A stretch of 64,000 nt of DNA from positions 3,520,001-3,584,000 of the forward strand of contig CM000153.2 of assembly GCA_000004695.1 (NCBI GenBank). Direction: 5' to 3'. The notes under the pieces are model-generated. The model searched no databases and was not told where the DNA came from. It saw only the letters and a list, made by a program, of their open reading frames with translations. Numbering within the stretch: the first letter of the stretch is position 1; every line of letters starts with the position of its first letter. The DNA is from Dictyostelium discoideum. Its lineage: Eukaryota. Both the position numbers and the translations under genes were made by a program. Positions 25,567 through 36,810 of this stretch are shown one piece after another.

Positions 25567-27171
25567 ATGTCAACAAAAGAAAAATCACATAAAAAAGAAT
25601 CAACTAAAAAAAAATTAGAAGAGAAATCAATAGCCTTACCAAAAACCAAAAAAGTTGAAGAAACTTCAACCACCACCACCACTATTGAATCAAAATCTAA
25701 AAAAGTAGAGAAAACTAAAAAAGCAGAAGAAAATAAAAAAGTAGAAGAATCTATAACAACACCAAAAACTAAAAAAGATAAAACTAAAAAAGAAACTTCA
25801 GCCACCACCACCACTGAACAAAAAGCCAAAAAAGTAGAGGAAACTTCAGCCACCATCACCAAAACAACACCAAAAACTAAAAAAGATGAGAAAAATAAAA
25901 AAGTAGAAGAAACTTCCACAGAATCAAAAGTTAAAAAAGCTGACAAATCAAAAAAAGTTGAAGAAAAGAAAACCGCACCCGCACCCGCACCACCACCAAA
26001 AGAAAATAAAACAACCACAATAAATAAAAAACAAAATGAAAAAGTTGAACAAACTAAAAAACCACAACAACTACAACAACAAAAACAACAACAAAAAAGA
26101 AAATTAGAAGAAATTGAAAGTTCATCATCAGAATCAGAATCAGAGGAAGATTTAGGATATGTACCAGATAGTAGTGATGATTCAGATGATGATTCAGATT
26201 TTGATGAAATTCAAGCAGATTTTGATATAGTACCAAGTGTTGATAAAGATTATCATTCAATCAAAAATATGATAGTAAGATTAGTACCATATAATGAAAC
26301 ATTGAAATTCAATGCAGGTGAATTAACCGATCTAATCATTGAACAAGCCACAAAAAAGAAATTTGGTAGATCAATTAATATTGATGGTTCTGAAGACCCA
26401 TATGGTTTCATATCAATTTTAAATTATCAATTAGTTAAGAATCAACCAACAATTCAAGGTTATATAGATTACATCAATGAGAAATTATTAGAACCTGAAG
26501 AAACATTCATTGATTCCAAATTAGCTGGTGGTGAAAAATCAATGAAATCATATCTCTCAAAATTATTAAATCAATCTAAAACCAATCAATTGGGTTTAAT
26601 TTTCTCTGAACGTTTTATAAATATACCAAATCAATTGGCTCATCCAATTTATCAATTTATGCAATTCGATGTTGAATTAATGCAAGAAAAAAATAATGAT
26701 AAAAATTATGATTTTAAAAATTATTTGGTTTTTACTTCATTTGGTATAACTTCAAAACCAAATGAAGAAGATCAATTACCACCACCATCAAAATCAATGA
26801 ATGTTGATGATGATGATGATGATAGTGAAGATCATGATGAACAACCAATTAAAAAATCAAAATCAAATAAAGGTACAATTAATAAAAAAGAAAATAAATC
26901 TAAAAATCAAAAATCAACAATAGTTGAACAACAACAACAAGAAGTTGAAGAAGTTGAAGAAGGTTTAGTTTTATATCAAAAATGTGAAGATAAATACTTT
27001 AGAGAATATGCTTCAGCTTGGTCAACTTTTGATATTCCATATCTTTATGGAAAAGGTTCAAAATGGACTCTTTACTCAAATATGATTAAAAAAGGTTTAA
27101 TTATGATTATTCCAGCTTCAAAATATCAACAATTTTTAAATGATTTAAAAGAAAAAGCAATTTATGATTAA
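25567..27171 (+). CDS. BCCIP/Bcp1-family protein (BCIP domain) with a lysine-rich N-terminal tandem-repeat extension. Single exon, 534 aa.
   Basis: The C-terminal two-thirds carry BCIP-like motifs: an acidic S/D/E stretch followed by ADFDIVPSVDKDYHSIKNMIVRL (compare EFNFFDP..DFHGIKxLL) and then ..EYASAWSTFDIPYLYGKGSKWTLY. The N-terminal 190 aa are repeats of KKVEETS[AT]TTTT / KTKKxEE. Confidence 0.75.
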   Translation: MSTKEKSHKKESTKKKLEEKSIALPKTKKVEETSTTTTTIESKSKKVEKTKKAEENKKVEESITTPKTKKDKTKKETSATTTTEQKAKKVEETSATITKTTPKTKKDEKNKKVEETSTESKVKKADKSKKVEEKKTAPAPAPPPKENKTTTINKKQNEKVEQTKKPQQLQQQKQQQKRKLEEIESSSSESESEEDLGYVPDSSDDSDDDSDFDEIQADFDIVPSVDKDYHSIKNMIVRLVPYNETLKFNAGELTDLIIEQATKKKFGRSINIDGSEDPYGFISILNYQLVKNQPTIQGYIDYINEKLLEPEETFIDSKLAGGEKSMKSYLSKLLNQSKTNQLGLIFSERFINIPNQLAHPIYQFMQFDVELMQEKNNDKNYDFKNYLVFTSFGITSKPNEEDQLPPPSKSMNVDDDDDDSEDHDEQPIKKSKSNKGTINKKENKSKNQKSTIVEQQQQEVEEVEEGLVLYQKCEDKYFREYASAWSTFDIPYLYGKGSKWTLYSNMIKKGLIMIIPASKYQQFLNDLKEKAIYD

Positions 27172-27352
27172 ATAAATAAATTAATATTAATAATAATAAT
27201 TTTTTAAAAAGTTTAAATATTTATTTTTAATGTTACCAAATATATTTATTTATTTTTTATTATATTAATACTTTTTATTTTTTATTATTATTTTTTTTTT
27301 TATTAAATTTATTATTTGTTAATTTATTATTTATTTTTTACTATTGTTATTA

Positions 27353-29914
27353 TTATTTAATAAATCTTCTTTTACGATCCATTTCTTCTAATTGATTAAT
27401 TAAATTTGGATTTGAAGCTTTAATTAAATTTAATAAATTTACAACATAACGAATTGGATATTCATCATGTTGTTTTGCCCATTCGATGACATCTTTTTCA
27501 GAGAAAGCAGCCAATTGATAGAAACCTTTGATATATTCTTCAGCGAAAGAAATATTTGGAATTCTTACACCACCACTAATTTTTTCGAGACCATTTTTCA
27601 AGCTCATAACATCTTGAATCATAGTGGCACGACCTTCATTTGTACATTTTCTAATCTTTGAATAACCATCGACCACTTGTTGAATGAAATATTCGAAAGC
27701 CAATTTAACGATATGATCACGTAATGGACGATTAATGACAGGAGTATCAGTGAATTGAGTTGAATTGGCAACACATTTATCTAAACCATTAAAGAAAATT
27801 GTAAACTCTTTAATGAAAGCATCTACATATGAGCTTTTACCGGGATTACTAATTTTCATATCCCATTTAATATTTGAAATTGTATTTGAGAAATATTGAG
27901 GACTTGCTTGATGAGTGAAAATGGCACTAATTGTACATTTAATTAAATGACCTTGTAATCCAGGTATGATACCAATGATTGAATTATAGAATTCATTAAT
28001 ATTATCAGTCTGATTTGGTGGTAATAATTGTTCAAACAATGGTCTACAAACAATCAATGCCTCTGCAATGAATGATAATGATTCAATAGCTACCATACGA
28101 ACTGGTAAATTAAAAAATAATTTTGGATCACCTAATTGTAAACCAAAATAATTAATTTTACTTGGCACCCATTTAATTGATCCATCAGCTTGAATTGTTT
28201 GTTGTGGTGTAATTGGTGTTGTTGGTGAAATTTGTTGTGATTGTTGTTGTTGTTGTTGTTGTTGAGATTGTAATGATTGTTGAGATTGTTGTTGTTGTAT
28301 TGATTGTAATGATGAAGTTGAATTTGAAGATTGTAATGTACTATTATTATTATTATTATTTTGAGATTGTTGTGGCGATAAATTTGGTGAATTTATATTT
28401 GAAGCTATATTTTTAATTGAAGAATTTATAAATGATAAAGTTGATAATGGTGAAATATTAGTAATGTTTGAAATACCAGAGATACCAGACATTACAGTAT
28501 TAGCGGTTGAAGTTGCAATATTTGTAGCTAAATTTGGTGGTAAACCAACACGTTCTTTCATTTTATTGATAAATTTAGAGACTTGTGGTTTTGTAAATGA
28601 TAAATCTTCAAATTGTTTCTCAGAGATTGTTTTCTCCATTTTTGTAGTTAAAGCTTCTAAACTGAAACCTTGTGGATCTAAATAACCACTGAATGAATAA
28701 ACAGTGTACATATAGTATTCAACCAATTGACAAATTGAATTAAAGATATCAACAGAAATATGTGGTAACATTTCCATCATCTCCAAGTATTTACCAATGT
28801 ATCTTACAAAACTAATAGTTGCAGATGATACTAATACTAAAGTTTCATTAACACCACTACTACCACCACCACCACCACCATAAGAATTGTCTTGTTTTTC
28901 TTTTTCTTTTTGTTTTTTTTCTTTCTTTTTCTTTATTGATTGATTATCATTATTGTTATCGTCATCAGAATCTTGATCTTCTTGAATATAATCTTGTTTT
29001 AATTCTTCATTTTCATCATCATCACTATCTTCATTATCTTTTAATTTTGTATCTTTTTTATTTTGATTAGTGGTTGCTGTTGTTGTTGTTGCTGTTGCTG
29101 CTGTTGTTGTAGAAGTTGATTTTAAAGTTGGAGAAGTTTGATTTGAAGGTAATCTATTCTTTTTATAAGATATTAATTCAGAGAAAGGGTTTCCTTTTTC
29201 TTTAATTGATTGAAATAATTGATCACCTCTTAAACGATCAGTATGAGAAACCTTTTGTTTTTTATTTAAACGTAATTCAGTTTTAGCATTGAAATCAGCA
29301 CCAACCGGTATTGAATTCCAAGGTTCATTCTCTAACATTGTACGTAAATCATCGACACGAGTACGATGAAAATTATCGAGATAAGTTTTACTTTGATTAA
29401 TGATCAATTGTTTCAATTGATGTGATGGATGACCACTAAACTCTTCACCAATCTCTGATATCTTTGTGACGGAATTTAAAACCAATAGGAAATCATCGAT
29501 TTTAAAATTTGATAGTTTTCTTGGTGCCAATAGATAGGAGACTTGTTTTTGCATGGTATCCCAAATGGTTGTTTTAAATCTTGTCAATGCCGCTGTAATA
29601 TCTTCAAATATTTTACTCTCTTCATGAAATTGATTCACCATATGAAATTGATTCATTAAATATAAACTTGCCATTAAATCACAAAGATATTCAAATACTG
29701 CCAATAAACAATTTACAAAATGATCATCCTTTAACTCTCTACATAATTCTTTATAACCTAATCCTTTAACTCTCTCTGGATTCATAATATTCTCTTCTGC
29801 TAATAAAACATGTGAATATACAATATTTCTAGTTTCTGGTTCAATTGGATCAACAAAATAACTTTGTAATTTATCTAAAATTCTATTTGCTCTACCTAAT
29901 AATTTATAACTAAA

Positions 29915-29951
<37 letters not shown>

Positions 29952-30846
29952 TAATTAATTATTAATTATTATTATTATTTATTTATTATTATTAATACAT
30001 ACGCTTGAAATACTCTTGAATAAGTTGTTGAATTAAAATCTCTACAACTTATTAAGAAATCTTTATCAATACGTTCTTGAACTACATGATAAATTTCTTG
30101 TAAATTTTTATCTAAATCAGGTACACAATTATAATGAAGATGTTGAGTGATTGTTCTTCTACATTCTAGATAATATTTGATAGTTGCAGGATAATCACCA
30201 TCAGATAATGTTTGTTTTAATAATCTTTCCAAATGAACGATCTCTCTAATTTGTGATAGATCCATATACATTTTAGTGAGTAAATTACGTTTGGTATATT
30301 TTGACATTATGATGAAAGCAGTTTGAGTTAAATTCTTTTTAGTTTGTGATAATGTTCTACGACCATTTGAACACATTACGGTTGAACGTTGAAGTTCAAC
30401 ACCGATTTCATGAATTTGTGACATACCTTGGACGAATTCTGTATAGTTTTCACGCACCCTATTGTATAATTTCGAATTTACATAATCCATTGCACGTGTG
30501 AATTGTTTGACATTACTATCTAAGAATATCGAGAACTCACTGGAACTATTGTTAACATTGGGTGGTAATAAATCTAAAATGAATTGAGTTGTATCGAATT
30601 TTGGGTCAAAGAAACCTGCTGGTGTTATCTTTAAAAATTCTTCTTCCGTTAATGATGGCTTTGTATCACTAATCAATTCCATATAGTATTGAGTTTTATT
30701 TGGTTTCTTTGATCCTGAATCACCCAATTCAACACCAATAATATTTGCTGCTGCATTAAATGTTTTCTTTGTAACTGTTTCAACTTCATCTATCTTTGCT
30801 TTCAATCTTGAAACATCAAATTTAAATGGCAATGGTAATGACGACA

Positions 30847-30847
<1 letters not shown>
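27353..30847 (-). CDS. Vps54/syndetin(Vps50)-like GARP/EARP tethering-complex subunit, about 1133 aa. Exons complement(30003..30847) and complement(27353..29909).
   Basis: The true start MSSLPLPFKF lies at 30847; the upstream poly-K/F part of the ORF is non-coding. A GTATGT donor at 30002 and a TTATTTTAG acceptor at 29910 join in frame: ..RVFQA|YKLLGRANRILDKLQSYFVDP..MNPERVKG. The N-terminal region (LYNRVRENYTEFVQGMSQIHEIGVELQ) and the C-terminal region (SLSFIAEALIVCRPLFEQLL..DVMSLKNGLEKI) resemble Vps54_N and Vps54_C. The middle is poly-Q/S/T. Confidence 0.6.
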
Positions 30848-30877
<30 letters not shown>

Positions 30878-30910
30878 TGAAATTATTATTTTAAAAAAAA
30901 AGTATATTAA

Positions 30911-30948
<38 letters not shown>

Positions 30949-31012
30949 CAAACACAAACACAAATACAAACAAATCGAATTTGATTTATGTATTTGGTGA
31001 ATTGCAATTTGG

Positions 31013-31075
<63 letters not shown>

Positions 31076-31339
31076 CTTTTTTTAAAATTAAAAAAATAAA
31101 AAAAAAAAAATTAAAAAAAAAATACAAAAATTAAAAAAAAAAAAAAATCAAAAACTGGTTAAAAAACGACCAAATTTTTTTTTTTTATTTTTTTTTATTA
31201 TTTAAAAATAAATTAATTCTGGCACATTTTGTTAAAAAAAAACGAAAAAAAATTAAAAAAAATCCAGATTACTATTTATATTATTTAATTGGAAACTATT
31301 ATTTATATAGATATAGATATATATATATAATATTACAGG

Positions 31340-31677
31340 ATGAATAGTTTATTTAAAAGAATTAATACCATTCAAATTAATACTTATCAAATTTCAAATA
31401 CATTTTTTAGAAATTATGCAAAATCAACACCACTTCAGAAATTGGTTGATGACCAAGAAAAAAACTTTTTATTAGCTAATAAAAATATTATTTCTGTTTC
31501 TTTATTTAAAGATTTTCATCAAGCTTTATTTGATAGTGTTGACCAAGAATTATTAGTGGGATCTAAAAAATTACCAATATCTAGGTAAGACCACACTATT
31601 ACTACTACCACGTCACTCACCAATAATTATCTAATAATACTACCACACATACACACAAACACACACAAACACACACA

Positions 31678-31718
<41 letters not shown>

Positions 31719-32992
31719 TTTACTAATATTTAAATATTGAAATTTTATAGATATTTGATTAAAACATCATTTGAAACTAGAGAAAAAGCAGCAGAATTTT
31801 TTAAACAGGCAAAAAAATTTGTAAAAAAACATATAGAAGAAACTGATGAAAAAAAAAAATTACAAAGAGAAAAAGATAAAGAAAATGAAAATGAAAATGA
31901 AAATGAAAATGAAAATGAAAATGAAAATGAAAATGAAAAAGAAAATGAAAATGAAAATGAAATTGAAAATGGAAATGAGAAAATAATAGGGGAAAGAAAA
32001 AAAAGATATAAAAATTTATTAAATCCATCTGAACTCAAACCTTCAGTTCATGCATTATTAAAATCACTTGATCCAATTTATAAGGTTACTCCAGAGGATT
32101 TAAAATCTTTACCAATTTCAAATATTGATACTAGTAATGCTGTTATAATTGAAAAAGCATCAGAAATTGAAAATGGTGTTAAACTTTTATTAAATGGTAA
32201 ATCTGTCGATCAAATAACTTTGGATGATGGTATTGTTTTAGGTTTTGATCTTGAATGGTCAGCTTTAGAAAGATATACAACTAAAACTAAAAAAGAAACA
32301 AAAACTGCCCTCATTACATTAACAAATGGATGGTATGTATAATAATTAAAATTTTATATTATAATAAATAAACAATACTAATATTTTTAAAAATAATAAT
32401 GATAATAAAAAATAATAGTGAAACTGTTTTATTTAGAGTGTGTCATACAGGTTTAGATGAAAATAGTGAATTAGGAAAATTATTAAAGAGTGGAGTTATT
32501 ACAAAGACAGGTTTTGGTGCTGGTAAAGATGCAAATAAAATTTGTAAAGATTTTGGTTTTGAAGTATGTATTTTTATTATTTATTGGAGAAAAAAAAAAA
32601 AAAAAAGATTATAATATATTAATGTATTATTATTTCCTCAAATGAAAATTTATAATTTTATTGAAATTGAAATTGGAATTTTTTTTTTTTTTTTTTATAA
32701 TTAGGTAGATGGAATTTTTGATTTAAAATATACACCAAAGATTCTTGCATTATTCAAAAATAGAGCTGTTGAATATGTTACAGCTGGTTTATTTGGAGTA
32801 AATATTAAAAGAAATTCAACTTTAATTTTATCAGCTTGGGGAACTTCACACCAATTAAAACCAAGACAAATTCATTCATCTGCATTATATACTATTTACA
32901 GTCTAAAAACTTATTTCATGTTACCATCTTTAAAAGTTGATACAACTTTTATCGAAAAAGATACATTCATTCCATTTGCAAAACTTTATTAA
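31340..32992 (+). CDS. 3'-5' exonuclease (DEDD/WRN-exo-like) domain protein with an (EN)n repeat. Four exons at approximately 31340..31584, 31751..32332, 32419..32563 and 32704..32992.
   Basis: GTAAGA, GTATGT and GTATGT donors pair with TATAG, AATAG and AATTAG acceptors in consistent phases. Exonuclease motifs LGFDLEWS...ALITLTNGWCETVLFRVCHTG...LKSGVITKTGFGAGKDANKIC..FDLKY...SAWGTSHQL. The Exo III Y-x3-D motif appears degenerate (ALYTIYSL). The N-terminus MNSLFKRINTIQ.. looks like a presequence. Exon 3/4 coordinates are ±2 nt because the printed sequence and the ORF track disagree locally. Confidence 0.6.
31857..31985 (+). repeat. (GAAAAT)n hexanucleotide repeat, about 20 units, encoding (EN)n inside the exonuclease-domain gene
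   Basis: gaaaatgaaaatgaaaat... seen directly. It is in frame within exon 2 and produces spurious antisense ORFs 31745..32038 and 31801..32028. Confidence 0.9.
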
Positions 32993-33332
32993 AAAAAATA
33001 AAATAAAATAAAATTAAAAAATAAAAAATAAAAAATAAAAATAAATACAAATAAAAAGAGAAATAATTATAATTATTTTTTTTTTTTGAAAGTGTGTTGT
33101 ATTAAAAAAAAAAAAAAAAAAAAAAAGTAGTAGTGGGGTATTATTCATTTCAATTACTTTTTATTAAAAAATCAAACAATGAATAAGAAATTCAATTTTA
33201 TTTTTATTTTTATTTATTTTTATTTTTTTATTTTTATACACATTTATTTTTATTATTAAAAATCTAACGTATTAATTTATATATTTAAAAAAAAAAAAAA
33301 ACATATTTAATAATAAGATATTAAAAAAAATA

Positions 33333-34032
33333 ATGAAATTTATTATAATTTTAATTTTTATATATTTTATTAATAATATTAATGGATCTGTAATTAGGTT
33401 ATTAACATTTAATAATGATCAATGTGGTGGTGAACCATATAATATTATAACTAAAAATATATGTTCTTCTAAAGGTTGTTTTAAAATATCACCAGATAAA
33501 AAAATAATTTATGGTATGAGTTTAACATCAAATGAAAGAATAGTTTCAGGAAATAATATTGGAGAATGTATTAAATTTGATAATTCATCATCGCTAATTG
33601 AATATCAAGAAACCAATAATTTATATTCATTTGAAGGTTATTGTAATGAAATTATCACAGATTCATCAACAACTACAAATAATAATAATAATGAAAATAT
33701 TGAAGATTACAGTTGATTCATTAAAAGGTGAATATTGTGGATTTAATTCATCATCAAGCCAAGATTCAAATTATTTCTATTTTAAGAAATCATGTAATTT
33801 AGAAAATGGTATTATTACTCTATCAAATTGTAAATCATGTTTATCTGGTGACAAAAATTGTAAAATTATTCAAACAATTCAAACAAAAACTCAAACAACT
33901 TGCACATCAATTATATCATCTAAAAAATATACTTATCATAATATTTTTGATAATAATTCAAATATTTTAAATAATAATTTTAATTTTTTAACATTTTTAT
34001 TATTGTTAGTAATAATTTCTTTAATTATTTAA
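33333..34032 (+). pseudogene. Cys-rich secreted, GPI-anchor-like small protein gene that is split by an apparent frameshift near 33700 (ORF 33333..33716 in frame 0, ORF 33598..34032 in frame 1). It is either a pseudogene or the sequence carries an indel error.
   Basis: Signal peptide MKFIIILIFIYFINNINGS and a Cys pattern (QCGGEPY..NICSSKGC..GECIKF..GYCNEI) in frame 0. The continuation KGEYCGFNSS..SCNLENG..CKSCLSGDKNCKIIQT..TCTSI plus a hydrophobic C-terminal tail (LTFLLLLVIISLII) lies in frame 1. No intron of legal size can bridge the two. A related paralogue lies at 56296..57069. Confidence 0.4.
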
Positions 34033-34123
34033 TACTTTTAAAATAAAAAATAAAAATAATTCTAAAAACATTTAATTTTTTTTTTTTTTATTATTATTTA
34101 TTTATTTTTTTTTTTTTAATTTA

Positions 34124-34262
34124 CAACTCTAATTATACTAACAACGGGTTGATTAAGTACTTTTCTAATTGGACCACTTGCTGAAAAGAAAGAGAAAAAC
34201 ATTGAACAAATGAAAACTATTATAATTAATTGCCATGGTAAAGTCATTGGAATTGGTAACAA
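34124..34262 (-). pseudogene. Duplicated fragment of the last about 46 codons of permease paralogue A (LPIPMTLPWQLIIIVFICSMFFSFFSASGPIRKVLNQPVVSIIRVVN*), detached from any upstream exon
   Basis: About 95% identical to 34545-34685, the genuine 3' end ..SAFGPIRKVLNQPVVSIMRVVT*. It lies in copy A of the segmental duplication. Confidence 0.6.
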
Positions 34263-34333
34263 ATTAAAATTTTTCTTTTTATGGGATTTTTGGGTTTAAT
34301 AAAAAATTAAATTAATAAAAAAAAAATTAAAAC

Positions 34334-34425
34334 TAAAACTCAAACGATTTGTGCATCAACTATATCATCTAAAAATATACTTATCATAATATTTTTGATA
34401 ATAATTCAAATAATTTAAATAATAA
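34334..34425 (+). pseudogene. Degenerate, frameshifted duplicate of the 3' coding end of the Cys-rich gene (KTQT.C.S.ISSK...)
   Basis: Matches 33886-33990 with substitutions and a 1-nt deletion in an A-run (aaaaatatac versus aaaaaatatac). It lies in copy B of the segmental duplication. Confidence 0.5.
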
Positions 34426-34544
34426 TTTTAATTATTTAACATTTTAACAAATAAAAATTTTAAATTTTAAAAATAATTATTCTAATATTTTAATTTAAAT
34501 TATTATTATTATTATTTTTTTATTTATTTATTTATTTTATTTTT

Positions 34545-36771
34545 TTAAGTTACAACTCTCATTATACTAACAACGGGTTGATTAAGTACTTTTCTAATTG
34601 GTCCAAAAGCTGAAAAGAAAGAGAAAAACATTGAACAAATGAAAACTATTATAATTAATTGCCAAGGTAAAGTCATTGGAATTGGTAACATTGTAAATAA
34701 TTGTCTTTGAAGGATCATTGTGAAACCAACAGTTGAACCAATAAACATACCCAACATTGAGGAAGCCATAACCAATACGAAAGCTTCATAGACGTAAATT
34801 CTAATCATCCAAGATTTTGGTATTCCCAATGCACATAAAACACCAATTTCTTTAGTTTGTTCTAAAATATTTGAATATACAGAAGACATTAAAGAGAAGA
34901 AAGAGATGGTCATTGCTAAAACTGTAGTAAAACTGAAAAAGTATTGAATGATCACAGAGGCCGTTGCAAAAGGTTTAATCTTTTCATAGTAATCCAACAT
35001 ATCGAAATCCTCTCTAAGATTACCAATTAAAAAGCTATTTAAACGATTCTTTATTGATTCTACAGCATCTTTATCATCAGTATTCAATTTCAAAATCACT
35101 TGATTCATTGGAATTTCACGTACTGATGAGAAGATACTACTTGCATACGAGAGATAAGTTGGAAATGATACGATTGAATCTTGATTTGTAACTGATGGGA
35201 ATTTAGAGAATTTAAAAGATGGTGCGCTATCTAACATTGCCGATGGTTTAACTAAGTGTCTAGTGGAATTAACTGATGAAGCTTCACCAGATTTAATATT
35301 TAATTGTAATAGGAATGATTGATCAATTGAAGCACCAATAACATCGGTATACAATGAACCAATGATTATCTTTTGACCACTAGTAAATGAATAGATTTGC
35401 TCGGAAAGATATTGAATATCATTCAAACTATAATCAGGATCAGGAGCGATTGAGCTTGCCTTTAAGAATCCAGGTAAAGTAGTAGCGAATAAGTTTGGAG
35501 AAATCGCATACATATTGGTGCCATCACTATAGATATGACCAATGTTTGTAATTTGAGATTGTTGATATTGTTTAGTCATAATTGAGAAAGATGAAGACTC
35601 CCAAGCGTAATCTTCAATCTCTGGTTGATATTGTGAGAGGAATTGATCGATTAACAAAGTTGACTCTGGTTGAAAGAATGGTTCACTACTTTTCACACTT
35701 AGATAACTACCATAGCTTTGTTGAACTTGATAATTCATTGATGCCTGTTGCATAGAGTATGAAACATTGACAAAGATAATGAATGCCAATGAAACTGCAT
35801 ACATGATAGCGGTCTTTCTATTTCTAAGTTTATGAGCTATTAAATTCTTTATAACCAATGATTTGATAGCACGTTTCTCCCAAAAGAAGAATAGATTAAC
35901 TACAGCCCTCTCTAGAATCTGTTCAACATTTAATGCTAAACTAACCAACCCCAATAACATTGCAATCAACAACATGAAGAACATATTTAAAAGTAGTGTC
36001 AAATTGAATGAAAGCAACGACAATGGGAACACATAATAAATTCCAAAGCCAAACACAGACAACAATGAGCCAATCAATGCAACCGATGATGAGAAACTGT
36101 TATCTTCACTACGTTCAATTGAGATTTGTACAGCGGCAGTCTTTGAATGTTTCACATCTAAAGAGTCATGTAAATTCTTACCCAATGCATTACGAATTGG
36201 AAAGATTGCCGACGCTATTGGAATTATAATACCCAATGCCGATGCTAACAATATGGCTTCACCTGTTAATTTTGGTGGAATTGGTACGCCAGTAATTGAT
36301 TTGAAAATAGCAGAAACAATGAATCCAAATACTTGAGCAATTAATAAACCTAAACCCCAAGATGGTACACTATAGGAGAATGCTTTGAATAGCATCAATT
36401 GAATAATACCATTTCTTGTTGTACCAATCATTCTCATTACACCCATTTCAAAGGTTCTAGTCTCTACATCAATCATCAACAATGAATAAATCAATAGAAT
36501 CGATAAAAACAATAGAATGAATATGATTACATTCAAAATCAAACCTAAAAATAATGCTACATATCTATTCTTTGAAAGTTCACTCATCACTGGTAATTCT
36601 GATGAAAGTTCATTAAATCCAACTTTATATAAAATTTTATTTGAAAAATCTACAATCTTTTCTAAAATTACATCTTGATTTGAATTAATATATGGTGTTA
36701 ATCTTGATGGTGGTAAATTTATAATAACTTGTTTTGAATAATCATAAAAATTAATTTTTGAAATATAACTT

Positions 36772-36810
<39 letters not shown>

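Larger units (their letters stand above)
33885..34690. repeat. Tandem segmental duplication, two copies of about 375 bp at roughly 33885-34260 and 34334-34690, spanning the convergent 3' ends of the Cys-rich gene (+) and permease paralogue A (-)
   Basis: Block aaactcaaac[a/g]a[c/t]ttg[c/t]gcatcaa[t/c]tatatcatctaaaaa(a)tatacttatcataatatttttgataataattcaaata[t/a]tttaaataataattttaatt and block ttacaactct[a/c]attatactaacaacgggttgattaagtacttttctaattgg[a/t]cca...gaaaagaaagagaaaaacattgaacaaatgaaaactattataattaattgcca[t/a]ggtaaagtcattggaattggtaac both occur twice, about 449 bp apart. Confidence 0.85.

Noticed and set aside
30848-30973. Annotated start of ORF 29975..30973 at 30973 (MFVFVFVFGFFFF...KKKKKK)
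   Set aside because: The upstream 42 codons are read from poly-A/poly-T promoter DNA. The real initiator is the Met of MSSLPLPFKF at 30847.
31745-32038. Minus-strand ORFs 31745..32038 and 31801..32028 (FSFSFS / HFHFHF peptides)
   Set aside because: They are antisense reading of the (GAAAAT)n coding repeat of the exonuclease gene.
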